This document shows positions 9,842-17,646 of a stretch of 64,000 bases of DNA, piece by piece. The position numbers and the translations under genes are program-made. The notes under the pieces were generated by a model. That model did no database searches, had not been told where the DNA came from, and saw only the letters and a list, made by a program, of their open reading frames with translations. The stretch comes from Eubacteriales bacterium (GTDB lineage Bacteria > Bacillota > Clostridia > Oscillospirales > CAG-272): assembly GCA_045653705.1 (NCBI GenBank), contig JAZOMG010000066.1:1888-65887 (forward strand), read 5' to 3'. Within the stretch, counting starts at the first letter, position 1; the number at the start of each line of letters is the position of its first letter.

Positions 9842-10961
9842 CGTTTTCAATTTTCTCTACTCCCCCGTCTGTAAGCCTGTACAGCTGTTTGGCGCGTATG
9901 GAAAGGTCGGGCGTGTGTCCTACAAGCACCCTCTTTCCACCCTCTGCAAGCTGTTTGCGCGCTTCATTTATACGGCTTATACTCTCTCCCTTACCGTATA
10001 TCAACACGGCATCAACGTCATATTCGACAGTCTCACCCTCAAAGCGTTCAAGCCTGTCAAGGTAAACGGCAAAGCCGATAGCTCCCGACACCTTTCCAAG
10101 ACGGCGAAGAAGCTTATCATAGCGTCCGCCCGAAAGCACGCTGTCGGGTATTCCGTTTATAAAGCCCTTAAAGCAAAGACCGTCATAATAGTTCACGTCG
10201 TTTACGATCGAAAAATCAAGATAGAGCCTGTCGTTAAGCCCATACGCGCTCATTGCCTCGCAAATTTCAACAAGGCTTCGATATGCCTCGGACATCTTCT
10301 CTCCCACGACAATATCCTTTATCTGTCCCAGCGCCTTGTCTATGGGCATATAAAGCTCGGTAAGGAAGCAGATCCTACTCTGCATTTCCTTGCTAATGCC
10401 GAATTTATCGCAAAAGCTCTGTATGGAATGGATATTTTTGCTCTCTATGAGCGCTATAAGCTCTCCCTTTTGTCCGTCCTCAACTCCTGCTTCGGAAAGC
10501 AAGCCGTCAATAAGACCCATATGGGATATATCAAGTATATAATCGGCGCTCACAGTACCGAGGCTCTGCATTGCAAGCATTATGACCTCGCACTCGGAGT
10601 ACGTATCGATATTTCCGATACATTCAAGACCCGTCTGCATTATTTCACGGAATCCGTCGCTGTCAGCCGACGTACGGTATACCGTTTCGTTATAGCAAAG
10701 CTTGTGTGTCCGCGTATCCTTGTCGGGTATGTTTTTTATTATAGAAAGCGTAACGTCGGGCTTTAGTGCCAGAAGCTTGCCGTTCGTATCGGTAAAGGAC
10801 AGAATGTTCTGACTAACGAGAAAGCTTTTATTCTTGGCATACAGGTCGTACTCCTCAAATCTGCTTACCTTATAAAGAGAGTATCCATATTCCTTGTAGA
10901 GGGCTCTGAGGCTGTATATCGCCTTTTCCTCACTTTTAAGCACGTTATAAGAAAAGCTCAT
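9834..10961 (-). CDS. hisZ: ATP phosphoribosyltransferase regulatory subunit (HisRS paralogue)
   Basis: Class-II aaRS-like catalytic-core fold sequence directly upstream of short hisG. ATG at 10961 has an AAGGGTGA RBS and lies 1 nt after the upstream stop. Confidence 0.85.
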   Translation of the reverse strand: MSFSYNVLKSEEKAIYSLRALYKEYGYSLYKVSRFEEYDLYAKNKSFLVSQNILSFTDTNGKLLALKPDVTLSIIKNIPDKDTRTHKLCYNETVYRTSADSDGFREIMQTGLECIGNIDTYSECEVIMLAMQSLGTVSADYILDISHMGLIDGLLSEAGVEDGQKGELIALIESKNIHSIQSFCDKFGISKEMQSRICFLTELYMPIDKALGQIKDIVVGEKMSEAYRSLVEICEAMSAYGLNDRLYLDFSIVNDVNYYDGLCFKGFINGIPDSVLSGGRYDKLLRRLGKVSGAIGFAVYLDRLERFEGETVEYDVDAVLIYGKGESISRINEARKQLAEGGKRVLVGHTPDLSIRAKQLYRLTDGGVEKIENDD

Positions 10962-10962
10962 T

Positions 10963-11250
10963 TTATTCACCCTTGACCTTTTCAAATATCTTTCCGTAAC
11001 CGCCTGTGCCGTAGAGGTACGCGCGGTTAACTCGGCTTATGGTCGCTGTGCTTGCGCCTGTTTGCTCGACTATCTTATTATACACAGTCTGCTCGGACAA
11101 CAGCTTTGCAACCTCAAGCCTTTGGGTGATGTCGCCAAGCTCCTTTCTTGTCATAAGGTCCTCAAGAAAAGCGCCGCACTCCTCTTCGTTATCAATTGCC
11201 ACAAGCGCTTTTATTAAAAGCTTGTAGCCCTCGTTATCATATAAATTCAT
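10963..11250 (-). CDS. TrpR/YerC-YecD family small DNA-binding protein, first gene of the his operon (candidate histidine repressor)
   Basis: 95-aa protein with ...QRLEVAKLL...YNKIVEQTGASTATISRVNRAYLYG, a TrpR-like HTH. GGAG RBS sits 8 nt upstream of the ATG at 11250. Confidence 0.7.
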   Translation of the reverse strand: MNLYDNEGYKLLIKALVAIDNEEECGAFLEDLMTRKELGDITQRLEVAKLLSEQTVYNKIVEQTGASTATISRVNRAYLYGTGGYGKIFEKVKGE

Positions 11251-11271
11251 AGTTTTTCTCCTATAATGTTT

Positions 11272-11312
11272 TATCGCTTTAATATGATAACACACTAAAG
11301 TGATAAAGTCAA
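11272..11312 (-). promoter_or_regulatory. Promoter (TTGACT-17-TATCAT) overlapped by an imperfect palindrome, candidate operator
   Basis: -35 at 11307-11312 and -10 at 11284-11289 (minus strand). Inverted repeat TATCGCTTTA (11272-11281) / TAAAGTGATA (11296-11305) matches 9 of 10 positions and spans the -10 and spacer. Confidence 0.45.
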
Positions 11313-11337
11313 TAGCTTTTTCAAAAATAATTATCTA

Positions 11338-11997
11338 TTACAAGAGTTTTTGACCGTTTATTTTCAATCTGAATTTCATATTAAGGGTCTCGGCAGCCTT
11401 TCGGCAGAGTATCATTCGCTCAAGGAATATCTCAAAGTAATCCATAACCGAGCTATATTCGTCTTCTATGTCAAGCTCCAGCCAGATCTCACCGCTCTCG
11501 GGCAATACAATAAGCTCCGAGCTTCTTACCGAGTAGTTGACCCTGTCGTGAATATCAAAGTTGGCAATATCAACGTTTCTCACACGGCTTCGTCTTACGT
11601 CGGATTTATCCGCAAGTATCAGGGCGGCTGCCACGTTATTTACAGGCACGCCCGTGCCCTCGTCGTGATTTCCGATAGCCGTTACCACAGTAGCTATCTC
11701 TGAGGGAGACATACCGAGATTATCAAGTATACGAAAAGCCATAACAGCTCCGCTTTGAGAGTGGTCTATTCGGTTAACAAGATTTCCTATATCGTGCAGA
11801 TAAGCGGCTATTTTTGCAAGCTCTATTTCCCTCTCCGTATATTCAAGAGTACTCAGAATATACTCAACACCCACGGCAACCTTTTCAACGTGGGCAAAGC
11901 TATGCTCGGTATACCCCAACGCTCTCAGCGAGCTGTCCGCGCTTTTGATATACTCCCGTATGGCTTCGTTATTTTTAATATCAGAATAGCTTATCAT
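11338..11997 (-). CDS. HD-domain metal-dependent phosphohydrolase
   Basis: H...HD motif (AAYLHDIGN) with a downstream GNHDEG. Confidence 0.75.
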   Translation of the reverse strand: MISYSDIKNNEAIREYIKSADSSLRALGYTEHSFAHVEKVAVGVEYILSTLEYTEREIELAKIAAYLHDIGNLVNRIDHSQSGAVMAFRILDNLGMSPSEIATVVTAIGNHDEGTGVPVNNVAAALILADKSDVRRSRVRNVDIANFDIHDRVNYSVRSSELIVLPESGEIWLELDIEDEYSSVMDYFEIFLERMILCRKAAETLNMKFRLKINGQKLL

Positions 11998-12009
11998 TGC
12001 ATCACCTCA

Positions 12010-12046
12010 AAAAAATACCGCATAGACACCGTAGTCTCTGCGGTAT
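12010..12046 (-). terminator. Rho-independent terminator after the peptidase gene
   Basis: Minus strand reads AAUACCGCAGAGAC...GUCUAUGCGGUAUUUUUUU. Confidence 0.6.
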
Positions 12047-12060
12047 TTCGCCTATTATAA

Positions 12061-12537
12061 TTATTTTTTTCCAAGCATCCGTCTTTTAAGTCCGCGCAGC
12101 TTGCCTTTTATAAAGCGTTCAAGCCGTCTGTAAGGCATAAAGCACCAAATAAGCAGATAAAGCCTGTATTTGACCGATGTCAAGGAGAACTCCTTATCAC
12201 CGCGGTAAAGACGGCTGACGTATCCTATTATTTGCTCTCTTTTTATGCCGTATTCAAGAGCCGTTTGGTTATCACCGCACATAACGTACGTGCCGTCATC
12301 ACATATCTTCATAACTCTGTGCAAAACGAACTGTCCGTTATCACGTCTGTAAAACGCTATGTCGTTTCTTTTTGCTCCGCGCTCAAAGTTTCGCTCAAGC
12401 ACCACAGAATCCCTGCCCTGTACTATCAAGGGAAGCATACTTGTTCCCTTGGGATACATACGAAATTCTCCGCCGCCCGACAGTATCTCTTCAATAACCT
12501 CAATGGCATCGGCAAGATAAAATTCACCGTTATTCAA
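12061..12537 (-). CDS. S24/S26-family serine peptidase, SipW/Sec11-like boxes, no N-terminal signal anchor
   Basis: GTSMLP serine box, VLHRV histidine box and CGDNQ box. The hydrophobic stretch is only near the C-terminus. TTG start overlaps the pqqD-like stop (cTTGAATAAc), with AAGGAG 10 nt upstream. Confidence 0.65.
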   Translation of the reverse strand: MNNGEFYLADAIEVIEEILSGGGEFRMYPKGTSMLPLIVQGRDSVVLERNFERGAKRNDIAFYRRDNGQFVLHRVMKICDDGTYVMCGDNQTALEYGIKREQIIGYVSRLYRGDKEFSLTSVKYRLYLLIWCFMPYRRLERFIKGKLRGLKRRMLGKK

Positions 12538-12793
12538 GGATATTTGCTCCTTTTAGGGTATCGACAAATCGCATAATATCTGCCTCGGCAGTCTCTCTGT
12601 CAATATCATATTCAGTCAGTATAGCCTCAATAAGCTCCTCTGTCTCAGCGCCCTCGGAAAGCTTATCCCAAAGAAATCTTCCCGTTTCATTGAGCTTGAT
12701 TATTCCGTTGAAATTCTTGCTTGCCTCTCCGAGAGCAACAACAACGCTCTCACCGGCAATACTTCTTACTACAAATCCGTTCTTTATCTTCAT
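12530..12793 (-). CDS. PqqD-family protein (RiPP recognition element-type peptide chaperone)
   Basis: 87 aa with a typical PqqD pattern: ...VVRSIAGESVVV...LNETGRFLWDKL...ELIEAILTEYDID...AEADIMRFVDTL. Confidence 0.75.
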   Translation of the reverse strand: MKIKNGFVVRSIAGESVVVALGEASKNFNGIIKLNETGRFLWDKLSEGAETEELIEAILTEYDIDRETAEADIMRFVDTLKGANILE

Positions 12794-12807
12794 TTTTTAC
12801 CTCTTTC

Positions 12808-13515
12808 TTAGACGTTCATTCCATTATATGCAACCTCTGCCGCTTCCTCGGATATATTACAGCCGAGAACGTAGCAAGGTACTTCTGTAAGTGTTCTGTC
12901 AAGCAATGGGAACAGCGTATCCACCGAAGCTATACTGTCAGGGGAAAGTATTTGGTGGAATATTCGGGTAAGGGCATCCGACGGTGTTATGCGCCTTATA
13001 GTGTTCTCCTTTGCCCTTTCAATAAAGCATATTGCCTTTATGGGAACAGACGCGTTCGTATTAAAGCCCTCTTTTCCGCACCACGGCGTTCCGTAAGCAT
13101 ACAGACGCTCACCCGAAAAACGCATGATCGGCTTATCACCGTTGATTATACTCACGCCCTCTCCAAATCTTTTCTGCCAAAGGGCAATGTGTGTAGACTT
13201 ACCTGTTCCGCTTTTGGCGGCAAAGGCATATCCCTCGCCCTCGTATTCAATAACGGCGCAGTGCATAAGATACGCCCCAAAAAGCTCCGGCAGCGGACGG
13301 CAGATATTTCTATATACGCAAACCCCCTCTGCATAAGCGGGAGAAGCGGGAAATTCGGAAATATCTATTTCTGCCTGTATTTCCTCATCCGTTACCGAAA
13401 CGGTCATATCGGGTGTTTCCACAGGGTCAACGGTATAACCCTCGCACAGCCGTCTTACGTATTCGTATTTATTATTGATAGCTACAGTAATATCCGCAAT
13501 TCTTATATAAAACAT
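12808..13515 (-). CDS. HPr-kinase-like P-loop protein (HprK C-terminal domain-like)
   Basis: AAKSGTGKSTHIALWQKRFGEGVSIINGD resembles the HprK box GxSGxGKSxxALxL..RG..LvaDD. No N-terminal HprK domain is present. Confidence 0.6.
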   Translation of the reverse strand: MFYIRIADITVAINNKYEYVRRLCEGYTVDPVETPDMTVSVTDEEIQAEIDISEFPASPAYAEGVCVYRNICRPLPELFGAYLMHCAVIEYEGEGYAFAAKSGTGKSTHIALWQKRFGEGVSIINGDKPIMRFSGERLYAYGTPWCGKEGFNTNASVPIKAICFIERAKENTIRRITPSDALTRIFHQILSPDSIASVDTLFPLLDRTLTEVPCYVLGCNISEEAAEVAYNGMNV

Positions 13516-13546
13516 AAAAATCCAACCTTAAATAATACTTATATAT

Positions 13547-13575
13547 ATTGTATCATATATTCTCTGTTTTTGCAA
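13547..13575 (-). promoter_or_regulatory. Promoter of the HprK-like/PqqD/peptidase operon
   Basis: TTGCAA-17 nt-TACAAT on the minus strand, immediately after the upstream terminator. Confidence 0.5.
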
Positions 13576-13618
13576 TACAAAAAAGAAAATACCTCGCTAT
13601 TTTTTTAGCGAGGTATTC
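13576..13618 (-). terminator. Rho-independent terminator after the membrane-protein gene
   Basis: AAUACCUCGCU-loop-AGCGAGGUAUU followed by a U-rich tract on the minus strand. Confidence 0.65.
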
Positions 13619-13627
13619 CCCTTAAAA

Positions 13628-14287
13628 TTAAAACTTGCTTATATTATCATAAACGTAATTACAAAGCTTTGTTCTCAGGTAAGATTTATTATTAACGAGG
13701 TAGTCTCTTACGTATTTGAGATTCATAGGATTTGCCGCCTTAAGATGGCGAAGAGTTCTGGACACCTCGGTGTCTCCGTTTGCGTCAAGAGCGTCACAGA
13801 TAAAGTTGACTGTTTCAACAGACGCAAGCTCAAAGCATTTCCAACCCTGATCCATATCCTTATCAGCAAGACCGAAAAGAAGTCTGTAAGCTACGGCAGG
13901 CTTAAATTCGTCAGCCATTCTGAGATTGGGATCTTCAAGCACACGGTCCGTCCAAAGTCTGCCCTCGCTTGCAGCAAATCCACGGAGATAGCCGTTCATC
14001 TTTCTGTTGATGACGTTGAAATCCATTTTTTCAAGGGATATATTACGCTTGGTCTGGGGGTCATACAGGAAGAAATTGGGTTTTACATCGTTTTCGATAT
14101 AGTACATATAGCCGAATTCTGCCGCCGCCAAAACGCAAAGCAAAGATACAACTATAACCATTACCTTGAAAAATGCCGCATCATCAAAGCTGATAGCAAA
14201 CAAGCCTACTCCAAGAAGAATAACGCCTACAACGCCGAGTGCAATACATATTGCTAAAAATACTTTTCTCAAATTATTTTTATTCAT
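13628..14287 (-). CDS. Hypothetical membrane protein (two N-terminal TM helices plus a soluble domain)
   Basis: Two hydrophobic segments in the first ~65 aa. It has its own TTGACA-17-TATAAT promoter and an RBS. I recognise no family. Confidence 0.6.
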   Translation of the reverse strand: MNKNNLRKVFLAICIALGVVGVILLGVGLFAISFDDAAFFKVMVIVVSLLCVLAAAEFGYMYYIENDVKPNFFLYDPQTKRNISLEKMDFNVINRKMNGYLRGFAASEGRLWTDRVLEDPNLRMADEFKPAVAYRLLFGLADKDMDQGWKCFELASVETVNFICDALDANGDTEVSRTLRHLKAANPMNLKYVRDYLVNNKSYLRTKLCNYVYDNISKF

Positions 14288-14411
14288 CTCTTACTTCTTA
14301 CCTCGTTGAATTTACAAATATCATTATAGTTTATTATATCATATACTCAAATACTTGTCAATTCTTTTTTCCAAAATCTTTAATATTTTCTTGTCCTTTT
14401 GCATATATTTA

Positions 14412-14440
14412 TTGACAAAGCTTTCGTTTAAGGGTATAAT
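14412..14440 (+). promoter_or_regulatory. ribF promoter
   Basis: TTGACA (14412-14417), 17-nt spacer, TATAAT (14435-14440). Confidence 0.55.
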
Positions 14441-14527
14441 AAAATACGAAAACGGAAGATTAGCGCTTACCCGTGGATACGGTCTTTGCGAGGTAGGCAA
14501 GGGAGACTAATCCGAAAGGACATAAAA

Positions 14528-15454
14528 ATGAGAGTTTACTCAACTATCAATTATTCGGCAAGCTCACCTTGCGTTGTGGCGCTGGGGTGCTTTGACGGAG
14601 TACATTTAGGACATAAAACAGTTATAAAGCAAGCGCTGAATATTGCCGAGAAAAAGGGATGTTCCTGCGCCGTATGGACCTTTGACGAACCGCCAAAGAA
14701 TTATTTTCTGTCAAGAGCCGTTCCGCTTATAACCGATAAGGCTCAAAAGCGCAAGCTTATAGGTCAGCTAGGCGTTGACAAATTTATATCCGTTCCCTTT
14801 ACTAAGGAGACCTCTAAAATAAGCGCCGAGGATTTCTTTTTTGAAATTTTGAAGAAAAGAATAAAGGCTGTACATATCGTATGCGGCTTTAACTATTCCT
14901 TTGGCGCGGGGGGCAAAGGAAACGTAGAGCTGCTTCGCCGTCTTTGCGAGGAAACACATACAGGACTTACTGTGCTATCCCCCGTAACGGTATCCGGTAT
15001 TACGGTTAGCTCGTCTTCTATTCGCGATGCGCTTCTTTCGGGTGACCCGGAAACAGCGGAGCAGCTTTTAGGGAGACCCTTTTCCTTGAAAACTGTGGTT
15101 ATTAATGGGCAACGCCTTGCAAGGCGGTTGGGCTTTCCCACTCTAAATCAAGAATTTTCAAGCGGCGGTCTTGTACCCAAATACGGAGTATACGTGACCC
15201 GCGTTTATATTGCCAACAGAAAGAAGCCCTATTACGGCATAACAAACGTTGGGGTACGTCCTACTGTCGGCGGAACTTCGGTTTTTGCGGAAACCAATAT
15301 ATTTGACTTTTCGGAAAATCTGTACGGAAAGTCGGTAAAGGTTGAATTTCTGCATTTTCTCCGAGACGAGCAAAAATTTGACGGTCTTGAAGCCCTTACC
15401 GCACAGGTAAATTCAGATATAGACAACGCAAAAAAATATATTTTAAGTATATAA
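14528..15454 (+). CDS. ribF: Bifunctional riboflavin kinase / FMN adenylyltransferase
   Basis: ALGCFDGVHLGH nucleotidyltransferase motif and a C-terminal riboflavin kinase (GFPTLN...GITNVG). ATG at 14528 with an AAAGGA RBS; the ORF-track start is a TTG at 14486. Confidence 0.9.
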   Translation: MRVYSTINYSASSPCVVALGCFDGVHLGHKTVIKQALNIAEKKGCSCAVWTFDEPPKNYFLSRAVPLITDKAQKRKLIGQLGVDKFISVPFTKETSKISAEDFFFEILKKRIKAVHIVCGFNYSFGAGGKGNVELLRRLCEETHTGLTVLSPVTVSGITVSSSSIRDALLSGDPETAEQLLGRPFSLKTVVINGQRLARRLGFPTLNQEFSSGGLVPKYGVYVTRVYIANRKKPYYGITNVGVRPTVGGTSVFAETNIFDFSENLYGKSVKVEFLHFLRDEQKFDGLEALTAQVNSDIDNAKKYILSI

Positions 15455-15499
15455 AAATCGGGGAATGCTTCGGGTAGAAACGAAGCATTCCCTTTTTCC

Positions 15500-16486
15500 T
15501 TATTTTGTATACAGCTCAACTATCTCGGCGGCAAGATCTGCGGCTTGTTGCGCCACGTCGTCGGGAGACAGTATTTTCATCTTATTGCCGAAGCCCAAGA
15601 CCCACGAGAAGAATGTGGGACTTATCATAACCTTAGCGCAAAATTCAAATTGCTCGCCGTGGTTGAGAAAAGTAACGTCTGTTCCGAATCGGTCTATAAC
15701 TACCCCCGCCAAGGAATTGTCAGCCAATATCCTCACGTTGGCAGGCTCACCGCCGTACATATTGAACACTCGCTTTGAATAGGACGCAGAGTCAAATTCT
15801 TCATTTGCCGTTTGCCTGTCGCGCTTTTCGTCCAGCATTTTTACGCGTATCATTTTATCGACACGAAAATGCTTAAGCTTTTGTGCCTCGTTATCATATG
15901 CAATAAGATAATAAAACTCGTCATCCCAAACCAATGCCTGAGGACTCAACAGATAGCTGTCGCCGTTTTTTCTGAGTATTCTCTGCTTGTGGGCATTCCA
16001 CTCGAAATAGTTACAGCTTATTTTTTTATTCTCGGCAATGGCGTTGTGCAGTGTTACGATATTGTTATATATCTCTTCGTTCTCGGTTTTTATCCTGTTG
16101 GACGATGCGTCAAGCCGCTTGAGCTGAGACGCTTCGTATTTGCTTCCAAGCTCCCCGAGCTTTCTCGTAAGCTCCCTGCTCTTCTTAGGCGTGAGGAATT
16201 TAGATGACTGGACCGCATCGGCAAGCAGCCGCAATTCGGCAAGGTCAAATTTGTGTGTGTCGAGATAGTATCTAACGTGACTGTCCCTCGTGATCTTTAT
16301 ATCGTAACCGCAAAGTCTCAGCGCCTCAATATCGTCATACAGGCTCTTTCGCTCGGCGGAAATACTGTATTCGGCAAGCGCCGATGATATTTCCGTAAGC
16401 GTAAGTCCGTGATATCTGTCGGTTCGTTCCTCAAAAATTCGCGCAAGATATATTAACTTTAATTTTTGGTTCGGCAATCTTGACAT
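15500..16486 (-). CDS. WYL-domain transcriptional regulator (N-terminal wHTH, central WYL, C-terminal extension)
   Basis: N-terminal HTH (GLTLTEISSALAEYSISAERKSLYDDIEAL). The central segment ...LLSPQALVWDDEFYYLIAY...HFRVDKM is typical of WYL domains. Confidence 0.8.
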   Translation of the reverse strand: MSRLPNQKLKLIYLARIFEERTDRYHGLTLTEISSALAEYSISAERKSLYDDIEALRLCGYDIKITRDSHVRYYLDTHKFDLAELRLLADAVQSSKFLTPKKSRELTRKLGELGSKYEASQLKRLDASSNRIKTENEEIYNNIVTLHNAIAENKKISCNYFEWNAHKQRILRKNGDSYLLSPQALVWDDEFYYLIAYDNEAQKLKHFRVDKMIRVKMLDEKRDRQTANEEFDSASYSKRVFNMYGGEPANVRILADNSLAGVVIDRFGTDVTFLNHGEQFEFCAKVMISPTFFSWVLGFGNKMKILSPDDVAQQAADLAAEIVELYTK

Positions 16487-16555
16487 ATCCGCTTCTCCTA
16501 TACAGGAAATTATTCATTACAATATTTTACCACAGAGCGCAGAAAAAATCAAGTG

Positions 16556-16708
16556 TCAGTGTGTAAGAATGGCGTAAACAACTATACCGATGCAAAGGAG
16601 TATACCGCCTGCAACAGTCGCCATAGAGTATCCTGAGAAATTGCAATTTTTAGATATCATTTCGTCTTCCATCTGTTCGTAATTCTTTCTCTCAATAGTT
16701 CCGTTCAT
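16556..16708 (-). CDS. Small (50 aa) single-TM membrane protein, hypothetical
   Basis: MNGTIERKNYEQMEDEMISKNCNFSGYSMATVAGGILLCIGIVVYAILTH. Strong AAAGGAGAAAAACA-ATG RBS and an extended -10 promoter (TGATATAAT) upstream. Confidence 0.45.
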   Translation of the reverse strand: MNGTIERKNYEQMEDEMISKNCNFSGYSMATVAGGILLCIGIVVYAILTH

Positions 16709-17068
16709 TGTTTTTCTCCTTTTCCTTTTTTGGTATTGGATTCCTCTTTGTGACCTCATTATATCACACATTGTGTGTCATAATACGGACAATGCTATAA
16801 TATTTTTATTATTTTCGATATTTTTGGAATTATTTTTTCTTAATTTGACAAAATCTTTTCTTACGTTTCTTAGGTATAGTTCCTTTTTTGGAAAATATTC
16901 TTGTTGGTTTAAAAATAAAATTTCTTTCAGATGTTTTGGTCATTATGTACATTTTTTATATTTTAAAAAAAAGTTTATTGCTAACTATTTACAAATTCAA
17001 ACAAATATGCTATAATAAAGTCAGGAAATATAAATTTCCTAAGGAACAATCTCAAGGAGGATTACAAA

Positions 17069-17596
17069 ATGAAAGTAACCATTGTTGGCAGACAGATGAA
17101 CGTGTGGGATGAAATGAAAGCTACCATCGAAGCAAAGCTCGGGAAGCTTGACAAGTATTTCAATGATGAATGCGCCGCCACCGTTACACTTAGTTCCCGA
17201 AAGAACGGAAAATGCTTAGAGATTACCATTGTATCGGCAGGTACGATATTCAGAAGCGAGGTACAGGACGAAACCTTTAGAAACGCCCTTGACCGCGCTG
17301 TATATACCATAGAGCGTCAGATAAGAAAGAATAAGACAAGACTTGCAAAGAGATTGCGCAGCGGCGCCTTTGAACAAGGAATACTCGATACGGGAGAGGA
17401 TTACGAGGAAGAAAAGGAATTTAATATTCGCCGCAAGAGCTTCACGATAAAGCCTATGTCGGTAGAAGAAGCCATTATGCAGATGAATCTTCTCGGTCAC
17501 GAGTTCTTCGTATTCAAAGAGGATACCACCGATAAGGTCTGTGTGGTTTACAAACGGCACGATGGAACTTACGGACTTATAGAAGCCGGTGAATAA
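17069..17596 (+). CDS. hpf: Ribosome hibernation promoting factor, long form
   Basis: MKVTIVGRQMNV...ALDRAVYTIERQIRKNK N-terminal S30AE domain plus a C-terminal dimerisation domain (MSVEEAIMQMNLLGHEFFVF). Confidence 0.9.
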   Translation: MKVTIVGRQMNVWDEMKATIEAKLGKLDKYFNDECAATVTLSSRKNGKCLEITIVSAGTIFRSEVQDETFRNALDRAVYTIERQIRKNKTRLAKRLRSGAFEQGILDTGEDYEEEKEFNIRRKSFTIKPMSVEEAIMQMNLLGHEFFVFKEDTTDKVCVVYKRHDGTYGLIEAGE

Positions 17597-17638
17597 AAAC
17601 AAAGCCACAGCCGAAAATTCGGCTGTGGCTTTGTTTTT
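17597..17638 (+). terminator. Rho-independent terminator after hpf
   Basis: AAAGCCACAGCCG-AAAAUU-CGGCUGUGGCUUUGUUUUU. Confidence 0.8.
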
Positions 17639-17646
17639 AGTGATAT

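Noticed and set aside
11338-12537. HD-domain gene as a fourth member of the PqqD/HprK-like/peptidase operon.
   Set aside because: A strong intrinsic terminator (12010-12046) lies between the peptidase stop and the HD gene start, so I treat them as separate units. Read-through cannot be excluded without RNA data.
16772-17068. Possible raiA-motif ncRNA upstream of the hpf (raiA-family) gene.
   Set aside because: The region is extremely AT-rich. It contains only a TTTACA-17-TATAAT promoter and one short hairpin before the RBS, with none of the GC-rich conserved helices expected of a structured RNA.
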